DNA of 64,000 bases, taken from NCBI GenBank assembly GCA_039030175.1, contig JBCCER010000001.1, forward strand, positions 7,522 through 71,521, given 5' to 3'. Every line of letters starts with the position of its first letter. The first letter of the stretch is position 1. Positions 1 through 9,817 of this stretch are shown here, in pieces. The position numbers were made by a program, and so were the translations under genes. The stretch is from Pseudomonadota bacterium (GTDB lineage: Bacteria; Pseudomonadota; Alphaproteobacteria; DSM-16000; Inquilinaceae). The notes beneath the pieces were generated by a model. The model searched no databases and had not been told where the DNA came from. It saw nothing but the letters and a program-made list of their open reading frames with translations.

Positions 1-83
1 GCCTGCGCCGTAAACGGCAGCGAGATTCCCGCGATCAGTGCCGCGCTAGCGAGAAGGGTGCGGATCGGTCGGCGTTGGTGCAT
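1..83 (-). CDS. partial CDS, N-terminal ~27 codons of an exported protein of unknown function (continues past window start)
   Basis: The reverse complement of 1-83 translates to MHQRRPIRTLLASAALIAGISLPFTAQA (RR, hydrophobic core, AQA; signal/Tat-like). AGGAG (rc of 91-95) lies 7 nt upstream of the ATG at 83-81. Confidence 0.4.
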   Translation of the reverse strand, partial: MHQRRPIRTLLASAALIAGISLPFTAQ

Positions 84-231
84 CGAGCGGCTCCTTAAAG
101 ACTGCGAGGTTGCAGCGTGTGGGTCGGACGGGATATTGACCAATCAAACCGATGGCGAAAAGCCCCTTTTGGGTGAGAGGGCCGATTAGTCCAACCACCA
201 TTGTGACACGATTGCTTCTTACCAACTACGG

Positions 232-1056
232 ATGACAGTTCGAACGCGCGCAACTCGAAGATCTCCCCACCGGCAGTTGTTGGTACGCTTTAGCGTTCGC
301 AACGGGCTGGCCGGGCTGGCTGCCTTTTTCTGTACAATTCCAATGGCTTGGGGGCAGCAAGACCCACTCACAATCCACTCGCTTGAAACCGTTTGGCAAG
401 GTGACGGGATCACGATGCAAATCGCGCAGCTGTCGCGCCCGAGTGTCCGGCACAGTGGGCGGCTGCTGATTGCTGTCCTCGACCCCGCGCGGTTTGAAGC
501 ATCAGTGACGGAGAGCGTGCCAGAATTCGCCGGCGGCGATTCGGCCCAATGGCGTCTTACCGTTGATGGCACCTTCTTTGACGAGAGCGAGCGTCCGATC
601 TACTTGCTGCAGGATGGGCCGTTGGTTCACGCGCCGTTTCGCTCAGGAACAAGCGCCGTCTTTTGGTGCCGCGATGGGGCCTGCGACATCACCCATGCGC
701 GCGACTACGACCCATATCGCGCTGTAGACATTGCCGTGCAGTCTTCGCCCAGGGTCTTCGCCAACAGCGCCCCGACGGTTGGCGTGCGCAATGCTAACAG
801 CATGGCTTCACGCGCCGGATTGGCCATCACCCAGTCGGGTCAGGTGGTTGTCTTTGCGACTGACCGTTGGCCCTGGCAGGGACTGACGTTCAATGAGGTT
901 TCGCGCTTGGTTGCCCCATTGATCGATGCTACGGACATCTTGATGCTGGACGGCGGCTCTTCGGTCGTATTCCAGATGGATGCCCCCGGCTTTTCCCTCT
1001 CCGCACGCGGCTCCGGACGTTCGGTTCCTTACATGATCAGTTTTGCCGGCACCTGA
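232..1056 (+). CDS. phosphodiester glycosidase (NAGPA/DUF2233-like) family protein, probably exported
   Basis: 274-aa ORF with a hydrophobic N-terminal segment GLAGLAAFFCTIPMAWG. The C-terminal LMLDGGSSVVF motif is typical of this family. Family assignment is by eye only. Confidence 0.5.
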   Translation: MTVRTRATRRSPHRQLLVRFSVRNGLAGLAAFFCTIPMAWGQQDPLTIHSLETVWQGDGITMQIAQLSRPSVRHSGRLLIAVLDPARFEASVTESVPEFAGGDSAQWRLTVDGTFFDESERPIYLLQDGPLVHAPFRSGTSAVFWCRDGACDITHARDYDPYRAVDIAVQSSPRVFANSAPTVGVRNANSMASRAGLAITQSGQVVVFATDRWPWQGLTFNEVSRLVAPLIDATDILMLDGGSSVVFQMDAPGFSLSARGSGRSVPYMISFAGT

Positions 1057-1106
1057 TAGGCAGGCATCGACTCCAGCCCTTGGCAAATCAAGAGCGAGGA
1101 ATTGAC

Positions 1107-1934
1107 GTGACCACCTTAACCGACATTTTGACTCACCGTTTCGGGGCGGCACCAGATCCGAATGGGCTTCTGGACCAGTCGCAGGAAGTGAGTCGGATGG
1201 CGGCAAGAGGCTCAGTCAGGGCGTTTTCGGAGCGTCCGGTGCCGGACGAGGTCATCGAGGGACTGTGTGCCGTCGCTTTGGCATCACCGACAAAGAGTGA
1301 TTTGCAGCAGCGGGATATCGTGATCGTACGCGATGCGAAACTTCGTCGGCAGCTTCATGACCTCATCCCGGGCCATGCCTGGCTGGCGGACGCTCCGGCG
1401 CTGTTGGTGTTTTGCGGCAACAATCGCCGACAGCGCTATCTGCACGAGCGGCGCGCCAAGCCATTTGCAAACGATCATCTTGATGCGTTCTTCAACGCGG
1501 CCAGTGACGCCGCTATTGCGCTGGCCACTTTTGTGACTGCGGCCGAGGCTATTGGCCTGGGCGTCTGTCCAATCAGTGTGATCCGCAACCGCGCGGAAGA
1601 GGTCAGTGCGTTACTGCGGCTCCCAAGCTTTGTCTTTCCATTCGCCGGTTTGGCGGTCGGCTGGCCGAAGGAGACGCCCGAAATCAGCCTAAGACTTCCA
1701 CTCGAGACAACCGTCCATGTGGATCGTTTCGACGACTCGGAGATCGAGGACCAAATCGATGCTTATGATCGAAGGCGGGCAGACGTCCAATCCATCGCCA
1801 ACCAACGCCAAACGGATCGCTACGGGACTAGCGAGGATTACACCTGGTCAGAAGACAAGGCGCGCCAATACAGCGTGCCGGACCGGGCTGATTTCGGCGC
1901 TTTCGTTCGTCGACGCGGCTTCAATCTTGACTGA
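1107..1934 (+). CDS. NADPH-dependent nitroreductase family oxidoreductase (NfsA-like)
   Basis: ORF 1080-1934 has a nitroreductase-fold sequence (RGSVRAFSERPVP..., QQRDIVIV..., GLGVCPIS). I prefer the GTG at 1107 because GAGGA (1096-1100) lies 6 nt upstream; the TTG at 1080 is the alternative start. Confidence 0.7.
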   Translation: MTTLTDILTHRFGAAPDPNGLLDQSQEVSRMAARGSVRAFSERPVPDEVIEGLCAVALASPTKSDLQQRDIVIVRDAKLRRQLHDLIPGHAWLADAPALLVFCGNNRRQRYLHERRAKPFANDHLDAFFNAASDAAIALATFVTAAEAIGLGVCPISVIRNRAEEVSALLRLPSFVFPFAGLAVGWPKETPEISLRLPLETTVHVDRFDDSEIEDQIDAYDRRRADVQSIANQRQTDRYGTSEDYTWSEDKARQYSVPDRADFGAFVRRRGFNLD

Positions 1935-1940
1935 TCAGGC

Positions 1941-2369
1941 CTAGTCTCTGACGACCAAAACCGACTGCTTGGCATGCCGCACAACCTGCTCAGCGTTTGA
2001 GCCCAGCAATGCACTTCCGGTCTCAGGCCGGTGGGCCGCCATAACGATCAGATCCGCATTGATCTCGTCGGCGACCCGCAAGACCTCACGATAAATTCGG
2101 CCATGCGCGATGATGTGCTGGATGCGCACGCCATCCGGGACGTGACTTTCCGTGAAGGCGTGCAGAGCATCCTGGGCATGCTTCAAGGCCTGCTTTTCGT
2201 ACCCTTTCGGGAAGTACTGGCCGACGATGCTCATGCCGAAGTCCGGCACGACTGTCATCATGTGCAATGTCGCGTCAAACGCCCTGGCATACTCCACAGA
2301 AGTGGGTAGCGGTTTCTTCCAAGTGCTCTCGGTCGCCACGTCGATCGACAGCAAGATGTCCTTATACAT
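1941..2369 (-). CDS. universal stress protein (UspA family)
   Basis: 142 aa. MYKDILLSIDV... N-terminus and C-terminal GSNAEQVVRHAKQSVLVV are typical Usp ATP-binding-type motifs. Confidence 0.8.
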   Translation of the reverse strand: MYKDILLSIDVATESTWKKPLPTSVEYARAFDATLHMMTVVPDFGMSIVGQYFPKGYEKQALKHAQDALHAFTESHVPDGVRIQHIIAHGRIYREVLRVADEINADLIVMAAHRPETGSALLGSNAEQVVRHAKQSVLVVRD

Positions 2370-2396
2370 GTCAGGCGATCTCCTTGTTGTCGAAGG

Positions 2397-5300
2397 CTAG
2401 GCAGCAACCGTTTCGCCGGTTTGGCGCCGATTGCGACCCCGCTGCAGCACGATGACGCCGATCAGCAGGATGATGGCCGGTATCCAGGCGAGTTCCTTCG
2501 GCGGCACGTCGGCTTCGACCACGATCTCGGCGATCTGGTAGTCGAAGTCGAGGCCCAGATTCTGGGCCTCGCTGCCGAACATGACGTTGTCGAAGATCGC
2601 CGTGTCGCCATCGATCCGCACGCTGGCACCAAGTTGCTCCAGCCGGGCGGCCGCCGATTCACCTTCGGGCAAGGTCAGGACGACTGTCGTGTCGACCGGG
2701 TCGCCGGAGATGAAGTCCTCGCCGACCACGCGCAACTCCAGCGTTTCGTCAGGCGCTACTGTATCGATGACATCGAAGATCTGGTTGCCCGGCAGCAGCT
2801 GGTCGGGCGGGAATATCATGTCCATCCAATAGCCCGGTCGGAACAGCGTAAAGGCGACCAGCAGCAGGATTAGCGATTCCCAAATGCGGCTCTTGGCGAA
2901 GAAGAATCCCTGCGTTGCGGCCGCGAACACCAGCATGGCTATCACCGCGCTGATAACGGTTAACGCAAGGCTTATGGGGCCGCCGATATCGTACAGGATC
3001 AGCTGCGTGTTGAAGATAAAGATGAAGGGCAGGGCGACCGTTCGCAGCGAATAGAAGAAGGCCGTAAAGCCGGTCTTGATCGGGTCGCCGCCCGACACGG
3101 CCGCAGCCGCAAAGGATGCCAATCCCACCGGGGGCGTAACATCCGCCATAATACCGAAATAGAACACGAACAGATGGACGGCGATCAGCGGCACGACCAG
3201 GCCGTTTGCGGCACCAAGTTCCACAATCACGGGCGCCATCAGGGCCGAAACGACGATGTAGTTTGCCGTCGTTGGCAGACCCATGCCCAGGATCAGGGAC
3301 AGGATCGCCACCAAAACCAGCATCAAGATCAGGCTGCCGCCGGATAGGAATTCGACGAATGCGCTCATCACCAGCCCGATGCCGGTCAACGACACGGTGC
3401 CCACGATGATGCCTGCCGTGGCCGTTGCGATGCCGATGCCGATCATGTTGCGTGCGCCAGCAACCATGGCTTCGAACAGCTCGGTGAAGCCTTGCCGGCC
3501 TGCGGAATGAAGCTCCGGCTGGCTGTTGCGATAGCCGACCGCCTCACGCTTAAACTTTTCGCGTTGCAGAAACACGACGAAGGCAGCGACGCAAACGATG
3601 ATCTCGATTGCCACCACCAGTTCGGCTGGCCAGCCTTCACTGATCGACACCAGCAAGACGCCGGCAACGATGATCGCTGCTACGATCACGATCATGATGA
3701 TGTTGTTGATGATCAGAGCGATCAGATTGACGATCGCTTCGCCGATGAAGGCAAAAAATCCGCCGCCGCCGCTGGTCTGGCCGCGGAACAGCGCCATGAG
3801 CGGCCGCTGGGTCAGCAGGATGAAGATCATGAAGACGACGGCCCAGAAGGCCGACAGGCCGGGCGAGAGCCGCTCGATCATCAGGTTCCAAACCAGCACG
3901 ATGATCGGCAGGAAGTAGTAGAGCCCCGTTTTTACTGTCGGGCCCACTTCCGGCAGGCTGACGACCGGCGCGTTGGGGTCGTCCATCTCTAACTCAGGAT
4001 ACTTGGCAGCATACGCGACCAGCGCGACATAGATGACGACTAGGATCGCTGCGCCTATCCAAGCGGCGGCAAATTCGCCGGTAAACTGGGTCAGCAGCCC
4101 CATACCGTAGAACACGGCCATGGCCCCAATGATGACGTTCAACAGGACCAGACCGCCCACCGATACCGTGCGGCGCAGCCGTTCTTTTGGAAGTGCCCTC
4201 GCGAGGCCTGAGAAGAAAACGATCTCGACTATGAAGATCAGGACGGTGGCTATGAAACCGAAGGTTGGGTCAGCCAACAGTCCGGCAAGTTCAAAGCCAC
4301 CTGCAATGACCCCGGCAATGATGATTACCGATGCCAGCGTGATACCAAACGCAATCAGGCCCCACTTCATCGGCAGTGGCTCGCCGGGCTTGGGCAAGGC
4401 CTGCATGCCCGTCTTCATCGCCTCCAAATGAACGATGTAGACGAGAGCGATGTAGGAGATGATTGCCGGCAGGAACGCGTGCTGGATCACCTGCGTGTAG
4501 GGAATGCCGACATATTCGACCATCAGGAATGCGGCAGCACCCATCACCGGCGGCATGATTTGGCCATTGACCGATGATGCGACCTCGACCGCGCCAGCTT
4601 TTTCGGGCGTGAACCCAACCCGCTTCATCAAGGGCACGGTGAACGTGCCGGTCGTAACCACGTTGGCGATGGACGAGCCGGAAATCAGGCCGGTCATTCC
4701 AGAGGCCACGACGGCGGCCTTGGCCGGGCCACCGCGCAGGTGGCCGAGCATCGCGAACGCCAGTTTGATGAAATAGTTGCCCGCCCCAGCACGATCGAGA
4801 AGAGCGCCGAATAGGACGAACAGGAAGACGAACCGAGTCGACACGCCAAGCGCGATGCCGAAAACGCCCTGGTCGGACAGCCAGAACTGATCCATCGCGC
4901 GGTTCAAAGACGCACCCTGATAGCGAATGACATCGGGCAGGAACGATGCGTTCCCGAAGAAGACGTAGAACAAGAAAACGAGGGCTACGACCATCAAGGG
5001 CGGGCCGAGCGACCGCCGTGTTGCCTCGAGAAGCAGCAAGAGCCCGCCGGCAGAGACCACGATATCCAGCATGGTCGGTAAGCCTGGCCGGGTCGATAGC
5101 TCTTCGATGAACCAGAACCGATACGTGGCGCAGAAGGTGCCAACAAGCGCCAAGACCCAATCCACCCACGGCACACGGTCGCGCGGGCTGCGCTTCAGGG
5201 CGGGATATGCCAGGAAGGCGAGGAACATTGCAAAACCCAGATGAAGCGAGCGCGCCTGGGCATCGTTAATCACCAGCAAACCGGTGATGAAGGGCAGGGG

Positions 5301-5462
5301 AGAGGCGTACCAGATTTGAAATGCCGACCAGGCAAATGCCGTCCAAAGCAGCAGCTGCATGACGAATTTGCTGTCTGGTTGGCGCGCGCCGGTGTCAGAC
5401 GATGCGACTAGATCGTCGAGTTCGGCGTCCGAAAGCTGCCGGTCTTGGGCTTGATCGGCCAT
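2397..5462 (-). CDS. TAXI-type TRAP transporter fused permease (DctQ/DctM-like) with extra C-terminal domain
   Basis: 1021-aa polytopic membrane protein immediately downstream of a TAXI binding protein. It has many hydrophobic helices. A ~150-aa non-hydrophobic segment near the C-terminus (DQLLPGNQIFD...EIVVEADVPPKE) is followed by a last helix WIPAIILLIGVIVL. Confidence 0.85.
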   Translation of the reverse strand: MADQAQDRQLSDAELDDLVASSDTGARQPDSKFVMQLLLWTAFAWSAFQIWYASPLPFITGLLVINDAQARSLHLGFAMFLAFLAYPALKRSPRDRVPWVDWVLALVGTFCATYRFWFIEELSTRPGLPTMLDIVVSAGGLLLLLEATRRSLGPPLMVVALVFLFYVFFGNASFLPDVIRYQGASLNRAMDQFWLSDQGVFGIALGVSTRFVFLFVLFGALLDRAGAGNYFIKLAFAMLGHLRGGPAKAAVVASGMTGLISGSSIANVVTTGTFTVPLMKRVGFTPEKAGAVEVASSVNGQIMPPVMGAAAFLMVEYVGIPYTQVIQHAFLPAIISYIALVYIVHLEAMKTGMQALPKPGEPLPMKWGLIAFGITLASVIIIAGVIAGGFELAGLLADPTFGFIATVLIFIVEIVFFSGLARALPKERLRRTVSVGGLVLLNVIIGAMAVFYGMGLLTQFTGEFAAAWIGAAILVVIYVALVAYAAKYPELEMDDPNAPVVSLPEVGPTVKTGLYYFLPIIVLVWNLMIERLSPGLSAFWAVVFMIFILLTQRPLMALFRGQTSGGGGFFAFIGEAIVNLIALIINNIIMIVIVAAIIVAGVLLVSISEGWPAELVVAIEIIVCVAAFVVFLQREKFKREAVGYRNSQPELHSAGRQGFTELFEAMVAGARNMIGIGIATATAGIIVGTVSLTGIGLVMSAFVEFLSGGSLILMLVLVAILSLILGMGLPTTANYIVVSALMAPVIVELGAANGLVVPLIAVHLFVFYFGIMADVTPPVGLASFAAAAVSGGDPIKTGFTAFFYSLRTVALPFIFIFNTQLILYDIGGPISLALTVISAVIAMLVFAAATQGFFFAKSRIWESLILLLVAFTLFRPGYWMDMIFPPDQLLPGNQIFDVIDTVAPDETLELRVVGEDFISGDPVDTTVVLTLPEGESAAARLEQLGASVRIDGDTAIFDNVMFGSEAQNLGLDFDYQIAEIVVEADVPPKELAWIPAIILLIGVIVLQRGRNRRQTGETVAA

Positions 5463-5550
5463 ATGAGGGCCCCCTGTTCCGCACCCCGGCTCTGCCGGTG
5501 GTTTTAGTGTCCGGCTGTCATTGTCGCAGCCAACTTATCCTTACGCGTAA

Positions 5551-5584
5551 TAGCGAAAAGCGGGCGAGGTCAACCCCCGCCCGC
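5551..5584 (-). terminator. intercistronic hairpin / partial intrinsic terminator between TAXI binding-protein gene and permease gene
   Basis: On the minus strand, GCGGGCG-N11-CGCCCGC (5560-5584) is followed by TTTTCGCTA. It lies 30 nt downstream of the binding-protein stop. Confidence 0.45.
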
Positions 5585-5614
5585 TCAAAAATGTTTCCAA
5601 AAGATGACGTTCGA

Positions 5615-6631
5615 TTACGAACGCAGACGGTCCGGCACCTCGATGCCAACGGCATCGAAATACATCAGAGCGCCCGGATGCAGCGGTGCGGACAATCCGC
5701 CATCGACCATGTCGTTGGGGTCGAGATTGGCAAATGCCGGGTGCAGCCTTTGGAAGCTCTCGAAGTTGTCGAACACCGCGCGAACGACCTCACAGATCGC
5801 ATAATCCGGCACGTCCGTGCTGGAAACGAAGGTCGCGCGAACGCCGAACGTGTCCACATCGTCGGGATTGCCGTTATACATGCCGCCCGGCACCGTAGCC
5901 GCCGAGTAGTAAGGATTGTCGGCGATCAACGCATCCACTTCCGGCCCCGCAATCGCGACGATCGTGGTGTCGCAAGTCGTGGTCGCTTCTTGGATGGTTC
6001 CTGACGGGTGGCCGACCGTGAACGGCATCACGTCGAAATTGTTGTCGCACAGCGCCTGGCTTTGCTCGGCGGTGGCAAGTTCGGAAACCTGGCTGAAATC
6101 GTCTTCGGACCAGCCAAGCGCGCCCATGAGCACTTCGAACGTGCCGCGAGCGCCGGAGCCTGGATTGCCGATGTTTACCCGGTTGCCCGGGATGTCGGCC
6201 ATCGAGGTAACGCCCGAATCGGTCCGCGCCAGCACGGTCAGAGGCTCTGGATGAACGGCGAAAACCGCCCGCAGATTCTCGTTGGCCTCTGGGAAGTTCT
6301 CGTGACTGCCATTGTAGGAATGGTGCTGCCAATCGGACTGCACGACACCCATATCCAACTCGCCAGACTGAATGGCGTTGAGGTTGAACACCGACCCGCC
6401 CGTTGATTCCACGGACATCCGCACGCCGTGATTTTCGCGATCGGCCGCGACCAAGCGCTGGATGGCGCCGCCCGTCGGATAGTAAACGCCGGTGACGCCG
6501 CCGGTGCCGATCGTGAGGAACATTTCCTCGGCGTCGGCCGGCGTATTGCAGGGGTTGTCCTGGGCCGACGCGGACACGGCAAAGCCGGCGCTCGCGATGA
6601 TGGCCAGGGCTGAAACAGAGATTTTCTTCAT
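5615..6631 (-). CDS. TAXI family TRAP transporter solute-binding subunit
   Basis: 338 aa with signal peptide MKKISVSALAIIASAGFAVSASA. GTGGVTGVYYPTGGAI is a TAXI (immunogenic-protein) family hallmark. The gene is adjacent to the fused TRAP permease. Confidence 0.85.
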   Translation of the reverse strand: MKKISVSALAIIASAGFAVSASAQDNPCNTPADAEEMFLTIGTGGVTGVYYPTGGAIQRLVAADRENHGVRMSVESTGGSVFNLNAIQSGELDMGVVQSDWQHHSYNGSHENFPEANENLRAVFAVHPEPLTVLARTDSGVTSMADIPGNRVNIGNPGSGARGTFEVLMGALGWSEDDFSQVSELATAEQSQALCDNNFDVMPFTVGHPSGTIQEATTTCDTTIVAIAGPEVDALIADNPYYSAATVPGGMYNGNPDDVDTFGVRATFVSSTDVPDYAICEVVRAVFDNFESFQRLHPAFANLDPNDMVDGGLSAPLHPGALMYFDAVGIEVPDRLRS

Positions 6632-6922
6632 GAACTTGCATCCCAGTTCTTAGTTGTTGTCTCGCAACTTCCCGAAGGAAGTACGGTTTTGCCCCGACGG
6701 TGAATTCGCCGGTCAGGCCGGCTGGATCCCCGCCAGGAGGGTCGACTCAGGGCCATCCCTTGCCGACAAGTCTCAGGCCGCCGAAGACCTGCGTGGCATG
6801 TTCGGCGACCCGCTTCGACCAGTGCCGGTCACGACACGGGTCTAGAGCCGGGCTGACTATGCCCGGTCAATCACGCCTTCGTCAACGTAATGCAATTTCG
6901 CTGACGTTCGTCGGTTTGGTCG

Positions 6923-8278
6923 CTAGGCGGCCTTGCTTTCCAATGAGTTAATGGCGTCGTCCACGGCTTCGCCCAGTCGGTCCACGATTACGCGCACCTC
7001 GGAATCGCCGATGATGAAGGGCGGCGCCAGCAAGATGTGGTCGCCCATCTTGCCATCGATCGTGCCTCCCATCGGGTAGCACATCAGGCCCCGGTCAAGC
7101 GCGGCCCGCTTGACTTTTGCATGCAGTTTCGCCGAAGGCGCGAACGGTTTCTTGGTCAAACGGTCTTGCACCAGCTCAAGGCCCAGGAACAGGCCCCTGC
7201 CGCGAATGTCGCCGACATGTTGATGATTGCCAAGGCGGCTCTCCAGGGCCTCACGCAACGCTGTACCTTGGCGCCGGACGTTGGTCAGCAGGTCCTCCTG
7301 CTCAATGACAATCTGAACGGCTAAGGCGGCGGCGCAGGCTGTCGCATGGCCCATATAGGTGTGGCCATGTTGGAAAAATCCTGAGCCGTCGCGGATTGCG
7401 TCATAGATCTGGCTTGAAACCAGCGCGGCGCCAATCGGTTGATAGCCTGCACCCAGTCCCTTTGCGGTGATCAGAATGTCCGGCGCGACGCCGTCCTGCT
7501 CGCAGGCAAAGAGGCTGCCCGTCCGACCCATACCGCACATCACCTCGTCCAGGATCAACAGAATGTCGTACTGCTCGCAGATTTGCTTAACCCGCTTGAA
7601 GTATCCCGGAACGGCGGGGACGGCGCCGGCTGTCGCCCCGACCACGGGTTCTGCCACAAAGGCGATCACGGTCTCTGGACCCAGTTCTTGGATTTTCTGC
7701 TCCAGTTCTTCCGCAACCCTTTGGCCATAGTCCCAAAAGGTCTCGCCTTCTTGGCGATCGCGATAGGCGTAGCAAGGCGCGATATGGGTTGTGTCGATAA
7801 GCAGGGGCCGAAACTGATCGCGTCGCCACTCGTTTCCACCGGCGGCAAGGGCGCCCAGCGTGTTGCCATGATAGCTCTGGCGCCTCGCGATCAGATGCCG
7901 CCGTTCCGGTTGGCCGCGTTCGACATAATATTGTCGTGCGAGCTTTAGGGCCGCCTCCATGGCTTCCGAGCCGCCAGAGACGAAATAGACCTTATCCAGA
8001 TCTGATCCCGGGATGGCGGCCGATTTGGCAATCAGATGGTCGGCCAGCTCTTCCATCGGCGTGTTTGAGAAAAAGCCAGTGTGAGCGAAGGGCAGGGTAG
8101 CAATCTGATCTTGAACGGCCTTGATAACCGCTGGATGACTGTGCCCCAGACAGGAGACCGCGGCGCCGCCAGATGCGTCTAAATACTCACTGCCGTCCTG
8201 GCCAGTGATCGTGACGCCCATGCCCGAAACGGCGATCGGTGGGACGGAGGCGGTGCTGCGGTGAAATACGTGAGACAT
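6923..8278 (-). CDS. class III (omega-type) PLP-dependent aminotransferase
   Basis: 451 aa with the motifs GGSEAMEAALKLAR, LILDEVMCGMGRTG and TAKGLGAGYQPIGA (PLP lysine context). Confidence 0.85.
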   Translation of the reverse strand: MSHVFHRSTASVPPIAVSGMGVTITGQDGSEYLDASGGAAVSCLGHSHPAVIKAVQDQIATLPFAHTGFFSNTPMEELADHLIAKSAAIPGSDLDKVYFVSGGSEAMEAALKLARQYYVERGQPERRHLIARRQSYHGNTLGALAAGGNEWRRDQFRPLLIDTTHIAPCYAYRDRQEGETFWDYGQRVAEELEQKIQELGPETVIAFVAEPVVGATAGAVPAVPGYFKRVKQICEQYDILLILDEVMCGMGRTGSLFACEQDGVAPDILITAKGLGAGYQPIGAALVSSQIYDAIRDGSGFFQHGHTYMGHATACAAALAVQIVIEQEDLLTNVRRQGTALREALESRLGNHQHVGDIRGRGLFLGLELVQDRLTKKPFAPSAKLHAKVKRAALDRGLMCYPMGGTIDGKMGDHILLAPPFIIGDSEVRVIVDRLGEAVDDAINSLESKAA

Positions 8279-8612
8279 GATAGGGCTGCTGATAGAGGAT
8301 GGAATGATCCGTTGCGATCAGGTCATACCATGGTCATTGGCATGGGCAAGTTGAAGGCCTAGCAGGCGTGATTCGACGGCCGGCGACGCGGGCGCTCTTG
8401 AAGACCGACCATTTAGCCAAATGCTGCGGCGAACGTCGCCTCGTCAGCCGGGCTTTTTGCTGGCCGGACCAGCGCGCCGCCACCACAACGAAGGTTAGCC
8501 CTGGCGGCGCTCCTGGACTTGATCGAGTTGATCGTCTGCAGATTCCTCTCAACTAAGGATGGATGGGGTATGCAACGTGCCGCCCATACAGGAGCCTTGG
8601 CAACACCGGTAT

Positions 8613-8990
8613 CTAACCGTGATCGGCGCTCTCTAAATTCGCGGGTAGGCAGTTGATCGCAACCAGCGACATGCCCAGATCCGCCTTGCCATCACAGTCG
8701 AATCCGTCGGCCACGCCTTCCGGGGGGTCAATGTTCAAGACCGCGTGCCCTGGATCGTCCGATGGCTCGCTCATCCGCAAAGTGCTGGTGCCATGGTCGC
8801 ATGTCACCTCTCCGCCCTCTTGGAACACCGACATCGGCAACACGAAAATGTGCTGGGTTGAGCGGTCTGCTGCACAAAACGCTGACGTGAACCCATCCGC
8901 ATCGCGTGTGTCAGATACCAGATCGTCTGCCAATGCGGCCGGCGCGATCAGGCTGGCGCAAACCGCCAGAGTGCATGCGTATTTCATCAA
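8613..8990 (-). CDS. hypothetical small secreted Cys-containing protein
   Basis: 125 aa with signal peptide MMKYACTLAVCASLIAPAALA|DD and several Cys in the mature part. No family recognised. Confidence 0.5.
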   Translation of the reverse strand: MMKYACTLAVCASLIAPAALADDLVSDTRDADGFTSAFCAADRSTQHIFVLPMSVFQEGGEVTCDHGTSTLRMSEPSDDPGHAVLNIDPPEGVADGFDCDGKADLGMSLVAINCLPANLESADHG

Positions 8991-9220
8991 GGTCCCCTCA
9001 CAAAGATTGCGGTACGGTCAGCATATGAACGGGGCTTGGTTACAGCAAGCTTTCTGAAAGCGGATTTGGCTTGGCCTTCAATACCCAGGATCGCTTGTCG
9101 CGCTAAAGTGAGTTTGGCGGCGTTTCTGCCAATTCAATCGCGAAAACCGATGCTCGCGGGTTTGCCCAAGGTTGATCGGTGTCTGATCAACTCTTAACCA
9201 TTGATTCGCTTGAGAAAAGA

Positions 9221-9295
<75 letters not shown>

Positions 9296-9437
9296 ATCGG
9301 CTTCGTTTGCGGCGTTTCGCGGGCGAAGGCGGCGGGAACCTGCCACAGGGAAGGCAGACGGCGCAAGCGGCTTTTGCAATGGCTTGGAAACGCCTAGTGT
9401 TCGCCGCGTTCCGGCCTCGAGACCGTTGGAGAGTGAC

Positions 9438-9620
9438 GTGGATGAAGATCTAAAGAACCGCAAGCCCGACGGGCATTCGGGACGGGAAACGGACCTTAGA
9501 AAAAACAGCGTCGATGACCGCAAGCAACGTGAAGCAAGTGCTTTGCGCGCCAACCTCGCCAAGCGGAAAGCTCAAAAGCGGGCACGCAATGCGCCGGCTA
9601 ACGGTCCCCAGCCGGATTAG
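9438..9620 (+). CDS. hypothetical small basic protein (60 aa)
   Basis: The GTG at 9438 is preceded by GGAGAG (9428-9433). The product is Lys/Arg-rich with ...ALRANLAKRKAQKRAR..., reminiscent of small conserved alphaproteobacterial proteins. No family assignment was possible. Confidence 0.35.
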   Translation: MDEDLKNRKPDGHSGRETDLRKNSVDDRKQREASALRANLAKRKAQKRARNAPANGPQPD

Positions 9621-9817
9621 TGCCCGCCGAATTGGCGACCGATTCGATCCAACCAATAGAAGGTGGTCGGGCGTTTGCGTTTGCTGTGCCATTGCGACAC
9701 GGGCCCTTCCTAGCCTGCGCTTGAGAAGCGGGCCCGGTGCGGCTACACACGGGGGGAGCAGAAGTCGCAGCGCCTTTCGACCTGGCGCCACCCCGCAGTC
9801 CAGATGAGCAACCGATC

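Noticed and set aside
6632-6922. Possible riboswitch upstream of the TAXI binding-protein gene. The minus strand contains CACCGTCGGGGCAAAACC, reminiscent of the glycine-riboswitch CACCGAAGGGGCAA core.
   Set aside because: I could not find the accompanying CTCTGGAGAG / CTCAGGCAAAAGGAC elements or a consistent P1-P3 fold, and the downstream genes are not a known glycine-riboswitch context. A covariance-model scan (Rfam) would settle it.
8279-8612. Small ORFs 8334-8552(-) and 8368-8556(+) in the 334-nt gap after the aminotransferase gene.
   Set aside because: They overlap each other on opposite strands, lack Shine-Dalgarno sequences, and encode Arg/Pro-rich peptides with no family resemblance. 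I treat the region as non-coding.
9384-9620. The longer 78-aa version of the small basic ORF, and the antisense ORFs 9275-9562(-) and 9450-9791(-).
   Set aside because: The ATG at 9384 has no RBS and adds a non-conserved-looking leader. The antisense ORFs are Arg/Ala/Pro-rich shadow frames. Only the GTG at 9438 with GGAGAG upstream is kept, at low confidence.
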